A DNA stretch of 64,000 nucleotides from Flavobacteriales bacterium (GTDB taxonomy: Bacteria; Bacteroidota; Bacteroidia; Flavobacteriales_D; Sanyastnellaceae). The number at the start of each line of letters is the position of its first letter. Positions within the stretch are counted from its first letter, which is position 1. The notes under the pieces are model-generated. The model ran no database searches, was not told the origin of the DNA, and saw nothing but the letters and a program-made list of their open reading frames with translations. Below, piece by piece: positions 44,455 through 55,085 of the stretch. The stretch spans positions 24,660-88,659 of the forward strand of contig CBDFGG010000005.1 in the NCBI GenBank assembly GCA_965247015.1, written 5' to 3'. The translations under genes and the position numbers were made by a program.

Positions 44455-46560
44455 ATGAAGTCCGTTTTTACAATGCTTTGCTGGATCCTCGCTGTAGGAG
44501 CTTGGTCGCAATCGAGCGATTGTAATACCGCGCAATCAGTATGTCAGGAGACATATACACAGAATAACTCCCCTGCGGGAACGGGAAATGTCTTTGAATT
44601 AGCACCTGGTTCTTGTCAAACAGCGGGAGAGTTTAACAGTGCTTGGTACATCTTCACGGTGCAAGAAGATGGTGTGCTCAATTTTACACTAGGCCCCAAT
44701 AGTCTTTTGGATGATTATGACTGGTCGTTGTATGAAATCACCAACGGAGGTTGTGCCGGCATCAATAACGGTACCTCTCCAGAGGTTAGTTGTAATTCTT
44801 ATGGGGAAACATTCGGTAACCAAGGTACCACCGGTATATCGTCGGCCAATGGTGGAGTGGGGAGTAGCAATGGCCCCGGTAATACGCTAGGCCCGCCATT
44901 CAATGCCGACCTGCCTGTTACGCAAGGAGAAGTGTATGCGCTTTCAGTAATGAACTACAGCTCTACCTTGAATGGATATAGTCTTGATTTTGGAGGCAGC
45001 ACGGCAGAGATTTTTGATAATACTGCGCCACAAATTTTATCCGCAGAACCCGCATGCAATCAGGAGTCTGTAACTTTTACATTAAGTGAAAATATCGAGT
45101 CCAGTGTTTTTAATCTTGCAAATCTTTCATTGACACAAGGAGGAGTCACCATTACCATTCAGTCTATTAATCCGGGCAGCGGTGAGTTTACGAATTCATT
45201 CACAGTGAATGCAAACACACTAGATAATTTTCCTGGAACAATTACTTTGTCTTTCAATTCCACACCAACCGATATTTGTGGGAATGCACTTTCGAGCACC
45301 TACGATTTCGAATTGCCGCTATTACCTCAAATAGAATACACTGTAACGGATGCTTGTGAAGGGCAAGGCGGTGTAATAGAAGTTGAGGTAGTAAATGCTG
45401 AAGGTTGTCCTGATTTTAACTACGGTGCAGTCACTGATGTAGTTGAGAATTGTGCGTTCTTGACGTTGAGTAATCTCACTCCGGGAACTTATGTGGTATC
45501 TACTTCAGGTCAAACATGTAATGACAGTGAATCAATTATGGTTGGAAATACGCCACTTTCCATCACCTTAGGAGGTGATCAAGAGTTGTGCGATCTTCAA
45601 GGAACGTTTGATGTTGTAGCGCCCAATGGCAATATCAATTGGCTGCCGACTCCCGGATTGACGTACTCTTCCTCGACAAATTCAACGATCCAAATTACAG
45701 CCAATGCTCCTGGAGTGTATACCATAGTTGCCGAGGTCTCTACAGATTTATGCAGCAATCAAGATGATGTAGTCATCACATTTAATAACCCGCCACAAAT
45801 TTCTATCGAAACTATTACTAACAGTTGCTTTGAAAGTTGTGACGGTAAGGCGATTTTTTCTGATTCAAATAATACCAGCATGACCGTGGTGATTGATGGT
45901 GGAAATACCAGCACTGGAACAAATGTCAGCATGGAATCATTGTGCGCGGGGGAGTACGAGGCATTGGTTCTTTTTTCTCCAGTATGCTCTGCCATTTATC
46001 AATTTGATATTGATGAGCCTTCTCCCGTGAATGCGGCCTTTACAATGGATCCAGCAGAGGTAACAACAGATGAGCCTGTACTTTTTGCAACAAGCACTTC
46101 AACGAACGCAGATTCACTTTCTTGGGCGATTATGGGCTTGGGTGACAATCTAGGTAGTGATAGCATTTTCGAATACACACTCCCTCAAATAGCAGGAGAT
46201 TATGTGGTAAAACTAACGGCAATCGATACAGGAGGATGTATCAACACCGCAGAACAAACTTTTGTTATCAGAGATAATTTCTTTGTCTTTATACCCAACT
46301 CATTCACTCCAAATGATGATGGCTTGAACGATGTGTTCATTCCAAAATTTAGTTACGAACCAGAATACTATCTGTTTCGAATTTTTAATCGTTGGGGTGA
46401 ATTGATCTTCGAGTCAACAGACTACAAAAAAGCATGGTTGGGAGATGCCAATTCGAATGGTTATTACAACCAAACCGAAGCCTATGTTTGGTCTTTGGAG
46501 GTCAAAGGTCGGGAGCTAGAAGTCGAAAATTACAACGGAGTGGTGACCATTCTGAGGTGA
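44455..46560 (+). CDS. Large secreted protein with a T9SS type B (gliding motility-associated, CHU_C) C-terminal domain
   Basis: The signal peptide starts at 44455. The C-terminus reads FIPNSFTPNDDGLNDVFIPKF...FNRWGELIFES. Confidence 0.8.
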   Translation: MKSVFTMLCWILAVGAWSQSSDCNTAQSVCQETYTQNNSPAGTGNVFELAPGSCQTAGEFNSAWYIFTVQEDGVLNFTLGPNSLLDDYDWSLYEITNGGCAGINNGTSPEVSCNSYGETFGNQGTTGISSANGGVGSSNGPGNTLGPPFNADLPVTQGEVYALSVMNYSSTLNGYSLDFGGSTAEIFDNTAPQILSAEPACNQESVTFTLSENIESSVFNLANLSLTQGGVTITIQSINPGSGEFTNSFTVNANTLDNFPGTITLSFNSTPTDICGNALSSTYDFELPLLPQIEYTVTDACEGQGGVIEVEVVNAEGCPDFNYGAVTDVVENCAFLTLSNLTPGTYVVSTSGQTCNDSESIMVGNTPLSITLGGDQELCDLQGTFDVVAPNGNINWLPTPGLTYSSSTNSTIQITANAPGVYTIVAEVSTDLCSNQDDVVITFNNPPQISIETITNSCFESCDGKAIFSDSNNTSMTVVIDGGNTSTGTNVSMESLCAGEYEALVLFSPVCSAIYQFDIDEPSPVNAAFTMDPAEVTTDEPVLFATSTSTNADSLSWAIMGLGDNLGSDSIFEYTLPQIAGDYVVKLTAIDTGGCINTAEQTFVIRDNFFVFIPNSFTPNDDGLNDVFIPKFSYEPEYYLFRIFNRWGELIFESTDYKKAWLGDANSNGYYNQTEAYVWSLEVKGRELEVENYNGVVTILR

Positions 46561-46612
46561 GTTGAGTTACTGACAATCAGGGTTGTATTCTTTGGCTTAT
46601 TTTAAAAGTTTA

Positions 46613-46629
46613 TAAATTTGTTACATTTG
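46613..46629 (+). promoter_or_regulatory. Two adjacent consensus -7 boxes (TAAATTTG, TACATTTG), about 90 nt upstream of the ATG at 46719
   Basis: tataaatttgttacatttgc. Confidence 0.3.
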
Positions 46630-46718
46630 CAAAGTCGGCGTAAAACGTAAGAAGTTTCTTTTTATTTTTATACCGATGACAACAACTAAACATTTATAAA
46701 TACAAAACTTTTGATCTA

Positions 46719-49700
46719 ATGGTTAAAAACTCTACCCTTTCTAGCTTTTGGGGGCGTCTGTTTTTTATCAGTTTCATGGTTCTTTCTATCAATTCTATTG
46801 CTCAAGAACATTCTGTAGCGATGAAGTGGAATGAAGTACAATTAAACTGTATTCGTAAGGACGCAGCGCGTCCTACCGTTCAAGCCCGCAATCTTTTTCA
46901 TGCTTCCATCATCATGTATGATGCATGGGCGGCGTTTGATGATGATGCTTCTACCTTCTTCTTAGGACAGACTTGGAATGGCTTCCCTTGTCCTTTCGAA
47001 GGCATTATTATTCCTGAAGACAAGCAGGCAGCGCAGGAGAAGGCAATTTCTTATGCCATGTATCGCTTCTTGTTCAACAGATATAGCAATGCGCCACAAA
47101 ACAACTGGAACCTATTCATGTTGGGCTATTGCAATGATTTGATGGCAGAACTGGGCTATCCTACGGATGTTACTTCTGTTGATTATAGTGATGGTGACCC
47201 AGCGAAATTGGGTAATTATATTGCTGCACGTATGCAAGCGTTTGCGCTACAAGACGGCTCACGTCAGCAGTTCAACTATGCAAATGCATATTATCAAACA
47301 GTGAATGGTGATCTATTTCCTGAAATTGCGGGTAATGCACTGGCTTATGATGGAAACAGATGGCAGCCACTTTCACTGACGGTTACCCTCGATCAGAACG
47401 GTTTTCCAATAGCAAACAGTGCTCCTGCACTTTCTGCAGAATGGGGCAATGTGGTTCCATTTTCTTTGACTGATGAAGACAAAGATGTTTTCTTTAGAGA
47501 TAGTCATAACTGGAACGTTTACCTAGATCAAGGTGCACCTCCAATGTTGGATACAATTACTGAAGTGGAACGCCAATGGGACGAAGATTTCTTCCGTTGG
47601 GGATATGCTACCGTTGCCATTTGGCATAGCTTCCACGATGTAGCGGATGGTGCGATGAAAGATATTTCACCAGCTTCTATTGGTAATATCGACGAGTCTA
47701 CCTTCCCAACAACGTTCGAAGAGTTCAAGAATTTTTACAATGTATTCGAAGGCGGTGATACAGGAACTGGGTATGATATCAATCCTGTAACAGGCCTTCC
47801 TTATGAAGAGCAAATGGTTCCAAGAGGAGATTACTCGCGAGTACTATCAGAATACTGGGCAGATGGTCCACAATCTGAAACACCTCCTGGACACTGGTTC
47901 ACTATCATCAACAACATCTCCAACCACCCTCTTTTCGAAAAGAGATGGGAAGGACAAGGAGAAATCCTTAATGATCTCGAATTTGACGTACGTTCTTATC
48001 TAGCTCTTGGTGGCGGTATTCACGATGCTGCTGTTGCTTGTTGGAGTACAAAAGGTTATTATGATTACACTCGTCCGATCATGGCAATCCGTTACATGAT
48101 TGATCACGGTCAATGTTCTGATATGAACTTGCCAAGCTACGATCCGGCTGGTATTCCTTTGATTCCTGGCTTCATTGAATTGGTGCAAGAGGGCGATCCA
48201 CTTGCAGGTGAAAACAATGAGCATGTGAACAAAGTAAAACTCTACACTTTCCGCGGTCCGGTAGAAGCTACAGGTATGGACGGTGTGGGTTGGATCCTTG
48301 GTGAGAAGTGGTGGACATTCCAAGTGCGTACATTCGTAACTCCTCCATTCCCTGGTTACTATTCTGGTCACTCAACCTATTCAAGAACAGCTGCTGAAAT
48401 TCTTACAAGACTCACAGGTTCTGAATATTTTCCTGGTGGATACGGTGAGTTTTATGCCGTACAAAATGAATACCTCCGCGCAAGTGAAGGTCCTTCGGTA
48501 GACACTCGCTTGCAATGGGCGCGCTACGCAGATGCTGCAGACCAATGTTCACTTTCACGTATCTATGGTGGTCTTCACCCTCCTCAGGATGATATCCCTG
48601 GTCGTAAAGTAGGTATGATCATCGGCCCACGTGCTTTCGATAAAGCAAACGGAATCCAAAATGCTGGTATTCCTCACGTGGTATCTATTTCTCCAAGTCA
48701 TGCATTAATTACTGATGCTAACATCGGTGAGCAATTAGAGATCACTGTTGAATTCACTGAGGAAATGGATGCAGCATTTATCCCAGAAATTTCTTTCACA
48801 GTAGGAAACCCAACGAACTCATTGAGCTTCGTTAACGGTTCATGGACGGATGCTTCACACTATGTTTTCGTTTATAATATCGTTGATGCAAATGAGGAAG
48901 TAGTAAATACTATTTGCAAAATTGAAAATGCAAAGGATTTGGAAAATAATACCATCGTTCCAGCTTTGGCAAACATGTTCCAAATCGACACAGACAATCC
49001 TGTTTTAGCTAACGTAATTCCTTCTAGCGAATTCATCAATGATGCAATTGCATTAGATGGTTTGTACACTGTAGAATTCTCTTTCGATCAGGTGATGAAT
49101 ATGGATATCAATCCTACTATTTCTTTCCCAGTTGAAGATGCTTCTTCTACGTTGATCTATAATGCAAACTTGAGCTATTGGTCAGATAACCAAACATTCT
49201 TCGCAGTGTTTGATGCAATTGATGCAAACGTCGCAATGATGGCAGATGTAGTAGTATCTGGCGCGCAAGATATGAGCGGTAATGCACAAGATGAATTAAG
49301 TGTTGTAGATGCAATTATCATCGATACTGAAAATCCTATCGTTACAGACGCTACATCTACAACTGAATATGTGAATGTTGCTTCCATCGGAACACAGTTT
49401 ACAGTTGATGCAGTATTCGCTGAAGCTCTTGATCAGTCGGCTATTCCTACGGTTGCATTCTCTGATAATAGCATTTTTACCAATACTCTTGGAACACTTG
49501 TTACAGAGGGTTGGACAGACGTAAATAGATATTCTTGGACCTACAGTGTGAATGCTTCAAACGAAGAAATTCCAATGGTTGACATTACAATTTCTGGCAC
49601 CGTTGATTTATATGGTAACGTTCAAGAAATACAAACCATCGAGCATGCTTTCGGAGTGGATACACAGCCTGCAACAGTTGTTGCAGTGACACCTTCTCTG

Positions 49701-50615
49701 ACTACTATCACTGATGCTTCTTTAAACGACGGAACCATCTATTTTGAAATCGTATTCGATGATGAAATGGATATGACTGCTGCGCCAACATTCGAATTCT
49801 CAAATGTGGATGCTGGTGCTTCAACCTTCGAAGTTTCGAATGCGGGAGAATGGTTGAATGAAAACACATACAGCGCAGCCTTCAATATCTTGGACGGCGG
49901 TGTTGAATATGCAAACGTAAACTTTACAGTAACTGCTGCTTCTGATTTAGGAGGCAATCCACTTGCTACGGTATCTGAAAGCAATACAAACCTGCTCATC
50001 GATACACGTAATCCTAACAACACAGCAGTGGTTCCTAGTGTAAGTGTTATTGTAAATGAAACGCCAGGCATCACCTTGACTTTCACCTTTGATGAGCCAA
50101 TGGATATCACAACTGATCCAGTAGTGACCTTCCCATTTGATGATATCTCTGGTGCGGTTATTCAAACGCTTTCGAGCGGTTGGACAGATGAATTCACTTT
50201 CAACGCTGTGTGCATGGTGATTGATCTTGATCTTGCTGTTTCAGGAGTGGACGTTCAAATTGCTGGTGCTAAAGACGCTCTTGGCAATGACCAAGTGGTG
50301 GCTCCAATCGCTGATGTGTTTGACATGGATCAAATCACTTCTGTGGAAGAATGGAATCAATCAGTATCACTCGAGTTATTCCCGAATCCTGTAAAGGCTG
50401 GAAATGACATAACAGTTAAAATGAATAATGTTCCAGCGGACCTAGTGGTTTCATTAATGGACGCTTCTGGTAAACTGGTTCAACAATTACCAATTAATGC
50501 TGCTGGTGGTAATCAAATCACCGTAGGTACGAAAGGTGTTTCTGCAGGAAATTACTTTGTTCAATTAACGAGCAACGGGGTTTCTGTAACACTTAAATTG
50601 ACTTTATTGAATTAA
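46719..50615 (+). CDS. T9SS-secreted PAP2 / vanadium-dependent haloperoxidase-like enzyme with multiple Ig-like repeats and a type A sorting domain
   Basis: The PAP2 motif set is K-x6-RP (KGYYDYTRP), SGH (PGYYSGHST) and SR-x5-H-x3-D (SLSRIYGGLHPPQDD). About 5 repeated ~100-aa modules follow. The C-terminus reads LELFPNPVKAGNDI...GNYFVQL. Confidence 0.75.
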   Translation: MVKNSTLSSFWGRLFFISFMVLSINSIAQEHSVAMKWNEVQLNCIRKDAARPTVQARNLFHASIIMYDAWAAFDDDASTFFLGQTWNGFPCPFEGIIIPEDKQAAQEKAISYAMYRFLFNRYSNAPQNNWNLFMLGYCNDLMAELGYPTDVTSVDYSDGDPAKLGNYIAARMQAFALQDGSRQQFNYANAYYQTVNGDLFPEIAGNALAYDGNRWQPLSLTVTLDQNGFPIANSAPALSAEWGNVVPFSLTDEDKDVFFRDSHNWNVYLDQGAPPMLDTITEVERQWDEDFFRWGYATVAIWHSFHDVADGAMKDISPASIGNIDESTFPTTFEEFKNFYNVFEGGDTGTGYDINPVTGLPYEEQMVPRGDYSRVLSEYWADGPQSETPPGHWFTIINNISNHPLFEKRWEGQGEILNDLEFDVRSYLALGGGIHDAAVACWSTKGYYDYTRPIMAIRYMIDHGQCSDMNLPSYDPAGIPLIPGFIELVQEGDPLAGENNEHVNKVKLYTFRGPVEATGMDGVGWILGEKWWTFQVRTFVTPPFPGYYSGHSTYSRTAAEILTRLTGSEYFPGGYGEFYAVQNEYLRASEGPSVDTRLQWARYADAADQCSLSRIYGGLHPPQDDIPGRKVGMIIGPRAFDKANGIQNAGIPHVVSISPSHALITDANIGEQLEITVEFTEEMDAAFIPEISFTVGNPTNSLSFVNGSWTDASHYVFVYNIVDANEEVVNTICKIENAKDLENNTIVPALANMFQIDTDNPVLANVIPSSEFINDAIALDGLYTVEFSFDQVMNMDINPTISFPVEDASSTLIYNANLSYWSDNQTFFAVFDAIDANVAMMADVVVSGAQDMSGNAQDELSVVDAIIIDTENPIVTDATSTTEYVNVASIGTQFTVDAVFAEALDQSAIPTVAFSDNSIFTNTLGTLVTEGWTDVNRYSWTYSVNASNEEIPMVDITISGTVDLYGNVQEIQTIEHAFGVDTQPATVVAVTPSLTTITDASLNDGTIYFEIVFDDEMDMTAAPTFEFSNVDAGASTFEVSNAGEWLNENTYSAAFNILDGGVEYANVNFTVTAASDLGGNPLATVSESNTNLLIDTRNPNNTAVVPSVSVIVNETPGITLTFTFDEPMDITTDPVVTFPFDDISGAVIQTLSSGWTDEFTFNAVCMVIDLDLAVSGVDVQIAGAKDALGNDQVVAPIADVFDMDQITSVEEWNQSVSLELFPNPVKAGNDITVKMNNVPADLVVSLMDASGKLVQQLPINAAGGNQITVGTKGVSAGNYFVQLTSNGVSVTLKLTLLN

Positions 50616-50624
50616 TTTAGATAT

Positions 50625-50668
50625 GCTCCGTCTCGTCTTTAAAAGCGGCGAGGCGGAGCTTTCTTTTT
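50625..50668 (+). terminator. Rho-independent terminator
   Basis: An 11-bp stem (gctccgtctcg / cgaggcggagc, with one G-U pair), followed by tttcttttt. Confidence 0.7.
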
Positions 50669-51508
50669 ATGTCTAGTACTGCAACATATCGCACGTTTGT
50701 AAATCCTTTCGCTTCATCCATTTCATTGGAGGAGCGATTGTTTTTTTTATTGCGGTTTGCAATTCTCGGATGCTTTGTTGGTCACGGTATCTGGGGACTA
50801 TTAGGCAAAACAGCTTGGCTTACTTTTTTTGAAGTTTTCTTTTTTCCTACACCCTTATCACAATCATTGATGCCATTGGTAGGAATGATGGACATCATCG
50901 TAGGTATATCTATTTTCTTTATTCCAACACGAGCGATCCTCATTTGGGCAGCGTTTTGGACCGTATTTACAGCGCTTTTAAGACCTTCTGCTGGCATGGG
51001 TATGTCAGAGTTTTTTGAAAGGGCTGGAAACTACGGACCACCCATCGCTTTCCTCTTTATGATGGGATGGAATCAGTTTCGAGTAAAGGCATTTCAACGC
51101 ATTCATCTACATGATTTGAATTGGAAAGACGGAATGATCGGCCTTGAAAAAATTCTCAGATGGTCATTGGTGGCGCTCTTAATTGGACACGGCGGACTTT
51201 CTTTTTTTAATGAAAATGCGCTAATAGCAAAACATCTCCAATTCTTGGGATTCGCTGTGGATAGCGCTACTCTCAAAGTTTTTGGAGCTTTTGAAATGTT
51301 GCTAGGCGTGGTAGTATTCTTCGTGCCACGACTGCCTGGTCTTATGATATTCATTCTTTCCTATAAATTATTTACGGAAATGCTTCACCCCATTGTTGGT
51401 CAACAAAGAGATCTACTCGAGACCATCGAAAGAATGGGTGATTACATCATCCCAATCATGTTATTGGTAATGTATAGCACCTCTCGTAAATCTTCCTTTG
51501 CACTATGA
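50669..51508 (+). CDS. Integral membrane protein with an internal tandem duplication (DoxX-like halves)
   Basis: The halves align: LRFAILGCFVGHGIWGLL...ERAGNYGPPIAFLFM against LRWSLVALLIGHGGLSFF...ERMGDYIIPIMLLVM. Confidence 0.6.
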   Translation: MSSTATYRTFVNPFASSISLEERLFFLLRFAILGCFVGHGIWGLLGKTAWLTFFEVFFFPTPLSQSLMPLVGMMDIIVGISIFFIPTRAILIWAAFWTVFTALLRPSAGMGMSEFFERAGNYGPPIAFLFMMGWNQFRVKAFQRIHLHDLNWKDGMIGLEKILRWSLVALLIGHGGLSFFNENALIAKHLQFLGFAVDSATLKVFGAFEMLLGVVVFFVPRLPGLMIFILSYKLFTEMLHPIVGQQRDLLETIERMGDYIIPIMLLVMYSTSRKSSFAL

Positions 51509-52794
51509 GAATTTTACTACTCAGTGTTTGCTTATTTTTCGTCCATCACGTTTTTGCTCAAAAAGAAATCTGGACATCCTTCGAAATGGATGCTACCAAA
51601 TCTGTGGAAGAGCGAACGGCTTCTTTCGTCAATTGGTGGAATGCTCAACCCACTTTGCAACTGCAAGATGCAGTGAAATGGTACGAAGCGCGTGGGATTG
51701 ATTTACAGTTCACATTAAAACTCTTTGAATTGGAAGTCAATGAAAATGGTTGGGCCAACTTCAATAAAGAGCTCAACTATTTCTTTGATCAAAATGTGAA
51801 ATACAAAGAGCAAGTGCAACGCTTTGCCAAAAACGCATCGGGTCCATTTTTTCAAAAAGAATTAGATGCTTTAGAAGCAAATAAAGGACTCGTGGTGTTA
51901 AGGTTTACGCAGAACCCCGACAGTTTAGTCTTGTCCGCGGTGAACTTGCAAGAAGATCAAAAACGTAAAATAAAGGAAATCGATTCAGATGGGGTGCTTA
52001 CTGCAGCAGGGGAATATGTATTGGTGAAAAAAAATGGGAAAACAAAAAAGGTAAAATTGACCACTGCGCCCCTTCGCCAATCATTTAAGAGAGGAGCAAT
52101 GGGCGGCCGAATGTTCGTTCGGTTTTCTGACAACGAAGAGTGGCAGTACACGCTTCAAGATCAATTGAGATTGGCTCCTTATATCAAAGAGTTTTTTGTA
52201 AACGACGATGAAATTTACGAAGGTCAAGACATCACTTTTACTTGGAATGTGCTTGGTGTATCAGAGGTCGAGTTGGATCACGGTATTGGAAAGCAGCGTG
52301 CCAAGTGGCAGTTGAGCGTAGCACCTGAGGACACAAGCACCTATCATTTGACTGCGAAAAATGATTACGGACAGCGCGAAGAATCCATCACGGTCAAGGT
52401 AGATCGCACCAAAGTGGTGAAAGCTGAATTGACTTTCTTTACTCCGGAAGGAAAGGAAACAAAGAAAGTAGGAACGCCTATCGAATTGAAAATTTTCAAT
52501 AAAAGAGAAGAAGAGGTGGGACGATTCAAAGGAGGCGAGACTTTGGAGTTTGGAGGTAAAGTGTCCTATGCAGGACCCTTTTTAGTGGATCTCAATCCAA
52601 CGGTTCTGAAAAAAGATCTTACGAAGGCTCATTTTGATGTTTCGATTCCTGCGGAATTCGACGATACCTACATTTTTTCCCCCATTCTGATTTTACATTT
52701 TTCAGATGGCTCGAAACGTGAATTATATGGATTCGGAAATAAAACCATTGATAATCAGTCTAAAGTTGTAGAATTTAAGTTTTCAACTTTCTAG
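51505..52794 (+). CDS. Hypothetical secreted protein with an Ig-like segment
   Basis: Signal peptide (MRILLLSVCLFFVHHVFAQ). The start overlaps the upstream stop (ATGA). Confidence 0.65.
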   Translation: MRILLLSVCLFFVHHVFAQKEIWTSFEMDATKSVEERTASFVNWWNAQPTLQLQDAVKWYEARGIDLQFTLKLFELEVNENGWANFNKELNYFFDQNVKYKEQVQRFAKNASGPFFQKELDALEANKGLVVLRFTQNPDSLVLSAVNLQEDQKRKIKEIDSDGVLTAAGEYVLVKKNGKTKKVKLTTAPLRQSFKRGAMGGRMFVRFSDNEEWQYTLQDQLRLAPYIKEFFVNDDEIYEGQDITFTWNVLGVSEVELDHGIGKQRAKWQLSVAPEDTSTYHLTAKNDYGQREESITVKVDRTKVVKAELTFFTPEGKETKKVGTPIELKIFNKREEEVGRFKGGETLEFGGKVSYAGPFLVDLNPTVLKKDLTKAHFDVSIPAEFDDTYIFSPILILHFSDGSKRELYGFGNKTIDNQSKVVEFKFSTF

Positions 52795-52871
52795 AAATGG
52801 CTTTTACAATACCACTTTTGTGGTATTCATAATTAGAAATCCTATTGTTTCTTTGCAGTAGACATTATATC

Positions 52872-53096
52872 ATGAAGTCAAGCCTCTCAAAAATAAACAT
52901 CGGTCAACTCGTACGCGTTGCTAGCATCACTCAGGGTGATTTGCAAGTGAAGCTTACAGAGATGGGTTTATATCAAGGAAAAGAGGTAAAAGTGTTGTTT
53001 AAAGCACCATTCGGCGATCCAATCGCTGTTGATGTGGATGGATATGTTCTTTCACTTCGAAAATCGGAGGCGGATCTCGTACAAATCGAAGCCTAA
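52872..53096 (+). CDS. feoA: Ferrous iron transport protein A
   Basis: A 74-aa SH3-like protein (GQLVRVASI...LTEMGLYQGKEVKV). Confidence 0.8.
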   Translation: MKSSLSKINIGQLVRVASITQGDLQVKLTEMGLYQGKEVKVLFKAPFGDPIAVDVDGYVLSLRKSEADLVQIEA

Positions 53097-53111
53097 ACTC
53101 TGATTGCATCT

Positions 53112-55085
53112 ATGGACGTGAAGCACATCGCTCTGATAGGCAATCCTAACACTGGCAAGACCTCTTTATTCAATCTTCTTACAGGATTAAATCAACAAGT
53201 TGGGAACTTCCCAGGGGTGACTGTTGAGAAGAAGTCTGGAAAATTTCAGCTCGATCAAAATCACAGCGTCATTGTTACAGACCTTCCAGGTACGTATAGT
53301 TTGTTTCCGCGCTCGCGCGATGAAAAAGTGGTCTTTGATTTTTTAACCAAAAAAGACACTTCTGATTTTCCAGATGCGATCGCTGTAGTGGTTGATGCAT
53401 CCAATTTGGAAAGAAACCTGCTTTTCTTTTCTCAATTATATGATTTAGGTCTTCCACTAATCATGGTGTTGTCCATGACAGATGTGGCAGACAAACGTCA
53501 AATAAGATACAGCTCATCAGGTATTGCGAAGCATTTTCCAGGTGTCACTATTGTAGCAGTGAATGGAAGAAGTGGAGAAGGATTACCTGAGCTAAAGAAA
53601 GCCATTCTCAAGTTTGAACCAACCGCTCGAGTAGAGAAGTTTGTGGATGCAGACTTGATTGCTATGGAGCATGACGAGGCGGCTCAGACGAAGGATGCAG
53701 AATTACGTTTCCAAAAGATTCGTACAATCCTCAAAACGGCCATTCATCGCCCAGCTGAGAACGTTTCTACTTTTTCCAATAAGTTAGATAAAATTCTAGT
53801 GCACCCCATTGCAGGGTATGCCATTTTTATTGCAGTACTGCTTCTGATTTTTCAATTCATTTTCAATTTCGCCAATGTACCGATGGATTTCATCGACGGT
53901 GTGTTTGGTGATTTTAGTGAGTGGGTTGGAAATACCCTTCCGGCGGGCGTTTTCACTGATTTACTTTCAGAGGGAATCATTCCAGGTATTGGTGGAGTAG
54001 TGGTATTCATCCCGCAAATTGCATTGTTGTTTTTCTTCTTAGCATTACTCGAAGAGACAGGTTATATGTCGCGCGTGGTCTTTATTATGGACCGTTTGAT
54101 GCGACCTTTTGGTCTCAATGGAAAAAGTGTAGTGCCATTGATGAGCAGCGTGGCGTGCGCAATTCCAGGTGTGATGTCTGCACGCAATATCAGTAGTTGG
54201 AAAGATCGAATGATCACCATCATGGTGAGTCCTTTGATGAGTTGTTCGGCACGAATTCCGGTCTATACATTGCTCATTAACCTTGTGATTCCCGATCAAG
54301 AGGTATTGGGATTTTTTAATCTAAAAGGATTGGTACTTTTTGGGCTTTACAGCCTTGGAGTAGTGATGGCCTTGTTGATGGCCGTGGTCATGAAATTCAT
54401 TCTTAAATCGCGTGATAAAAGTTTCTTGTTACTAGAGTTGCCATCCTACAAACTACCACGTTTGAAATATGTAGGACTTTTAGTTTTTGAAAAGGTGCGC
54501 GTGTTTATATGGGATGCCGGTAAGGTCATCTTAGCCATCTCAATTATATTATGGGCTCTTGCCTCATATAGTCCGAATGATAAGGCGGAGCGTATCGTTG
54601 CCGATCTTCCAAAGCCCTTGCAGCAGGATTCGTTGGCAATGAAAGAATACAATTCTCAAATTGCTTCGATTGAGCTTGAGAATTCTTATATGGGGATTTT
54701 GGGAAAAGGTATTGAACCAGTGATTCGACCATTAGGATATGATTGGAAGATGGGTATCGCATTGCTCACCTCTTTTGCTGCACGCGAAGTATTTGTGGGG
54801 TCAATGGCCACCATTTACAGCGTTGGTGTTGAAGATGACGAGGAAAACAGACAGCTTATCGATCGACTACGCAATCAAGTCAATCCTGATACTGGAGAGA
54901 AAGTCTATAATCTCGCTTCCGGCGGATCATTGATGATATTCTATGTATTTGCGATGCAATGCATGGCCACGCTTGCAGTAGTAAAAAGAGAAACCAATAG
55001 CTGGAAATGGCCGATTATTCAACTCTTATACATGGGAGTGTTGGCCTATTTGGGAGCATTTATTACCTTTACATTGTTATCATGA
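53112..55085 (+). CDS. feoB: Ferrous iron transporter FeoB
   Basis: The G-domain contains GNPNTGKTSLFN and DLPGTYS. A gate-motif membrane domain follows. Confidence 0.9.
   Translation: MDVKHIALIGNPNTGKTSLFNLLTGLNQQVGNFPGVTVEKKSGKFQLDQNHSVIVTDLPGTYSLFPRSRDEKVVFDFLTKKDTSDFPDAIAVVVDASNLERNLLFFSQLYDLGLPLIMVLSMTDVADKRQIRYSSSGIAKHFPGVTIVAVNGRSGEGLPELKKAILKFEPTARVEKFVDADLIAMEHDEAAQTKDAELRFQKIRTILKTAIHRPAENVSTFSNKLDKILVHPIAGYAIFIAVLLLIFQFIFNFANVPMDFIDGVFGDFSEWVGNTLPAGVFTDLLSEGIIPGIGGVVVFIPQIALLFFFLALLEETGYMSRVVFIMDRLMRPFGLNGKSVVPLMSSVACAIPGVMSARNISSWKDRMITIMVSPLMSCSARIPVYTLLINLVIPDQEVLGFFNLKGLVLFGLYSLGVVMALLMAVVMKFILKSRDKSFLLLELPSYKLPRLKYVGLLVFEKVRVFIWDAGKVILAISIILWALASYSPNDKAERIVADLPKPLQQDSLAMKEYNSQIASIELENSYMGILGKGIEPVIRPLGYDWKMGIALLTSFAAREVFVGSMATIYSVGVEDDEENRQLIDRLRNQVNPDTGEKVYNLASGGSLMIFYVFAMQCMATLAVVKRETNSWKWPIIQLLYMGVLAYLGAFITFTLLS

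Noticed and set aside
52795-52871. A possible Fur box upstream of feoA (tcataattagaaatcctatt).
   Set aside because: It shows only a loose AT-rich resemblance to the 19-bp Fur consensus and no convincing dyad symmetry. It cannot be supported without a genome-specific matrix.
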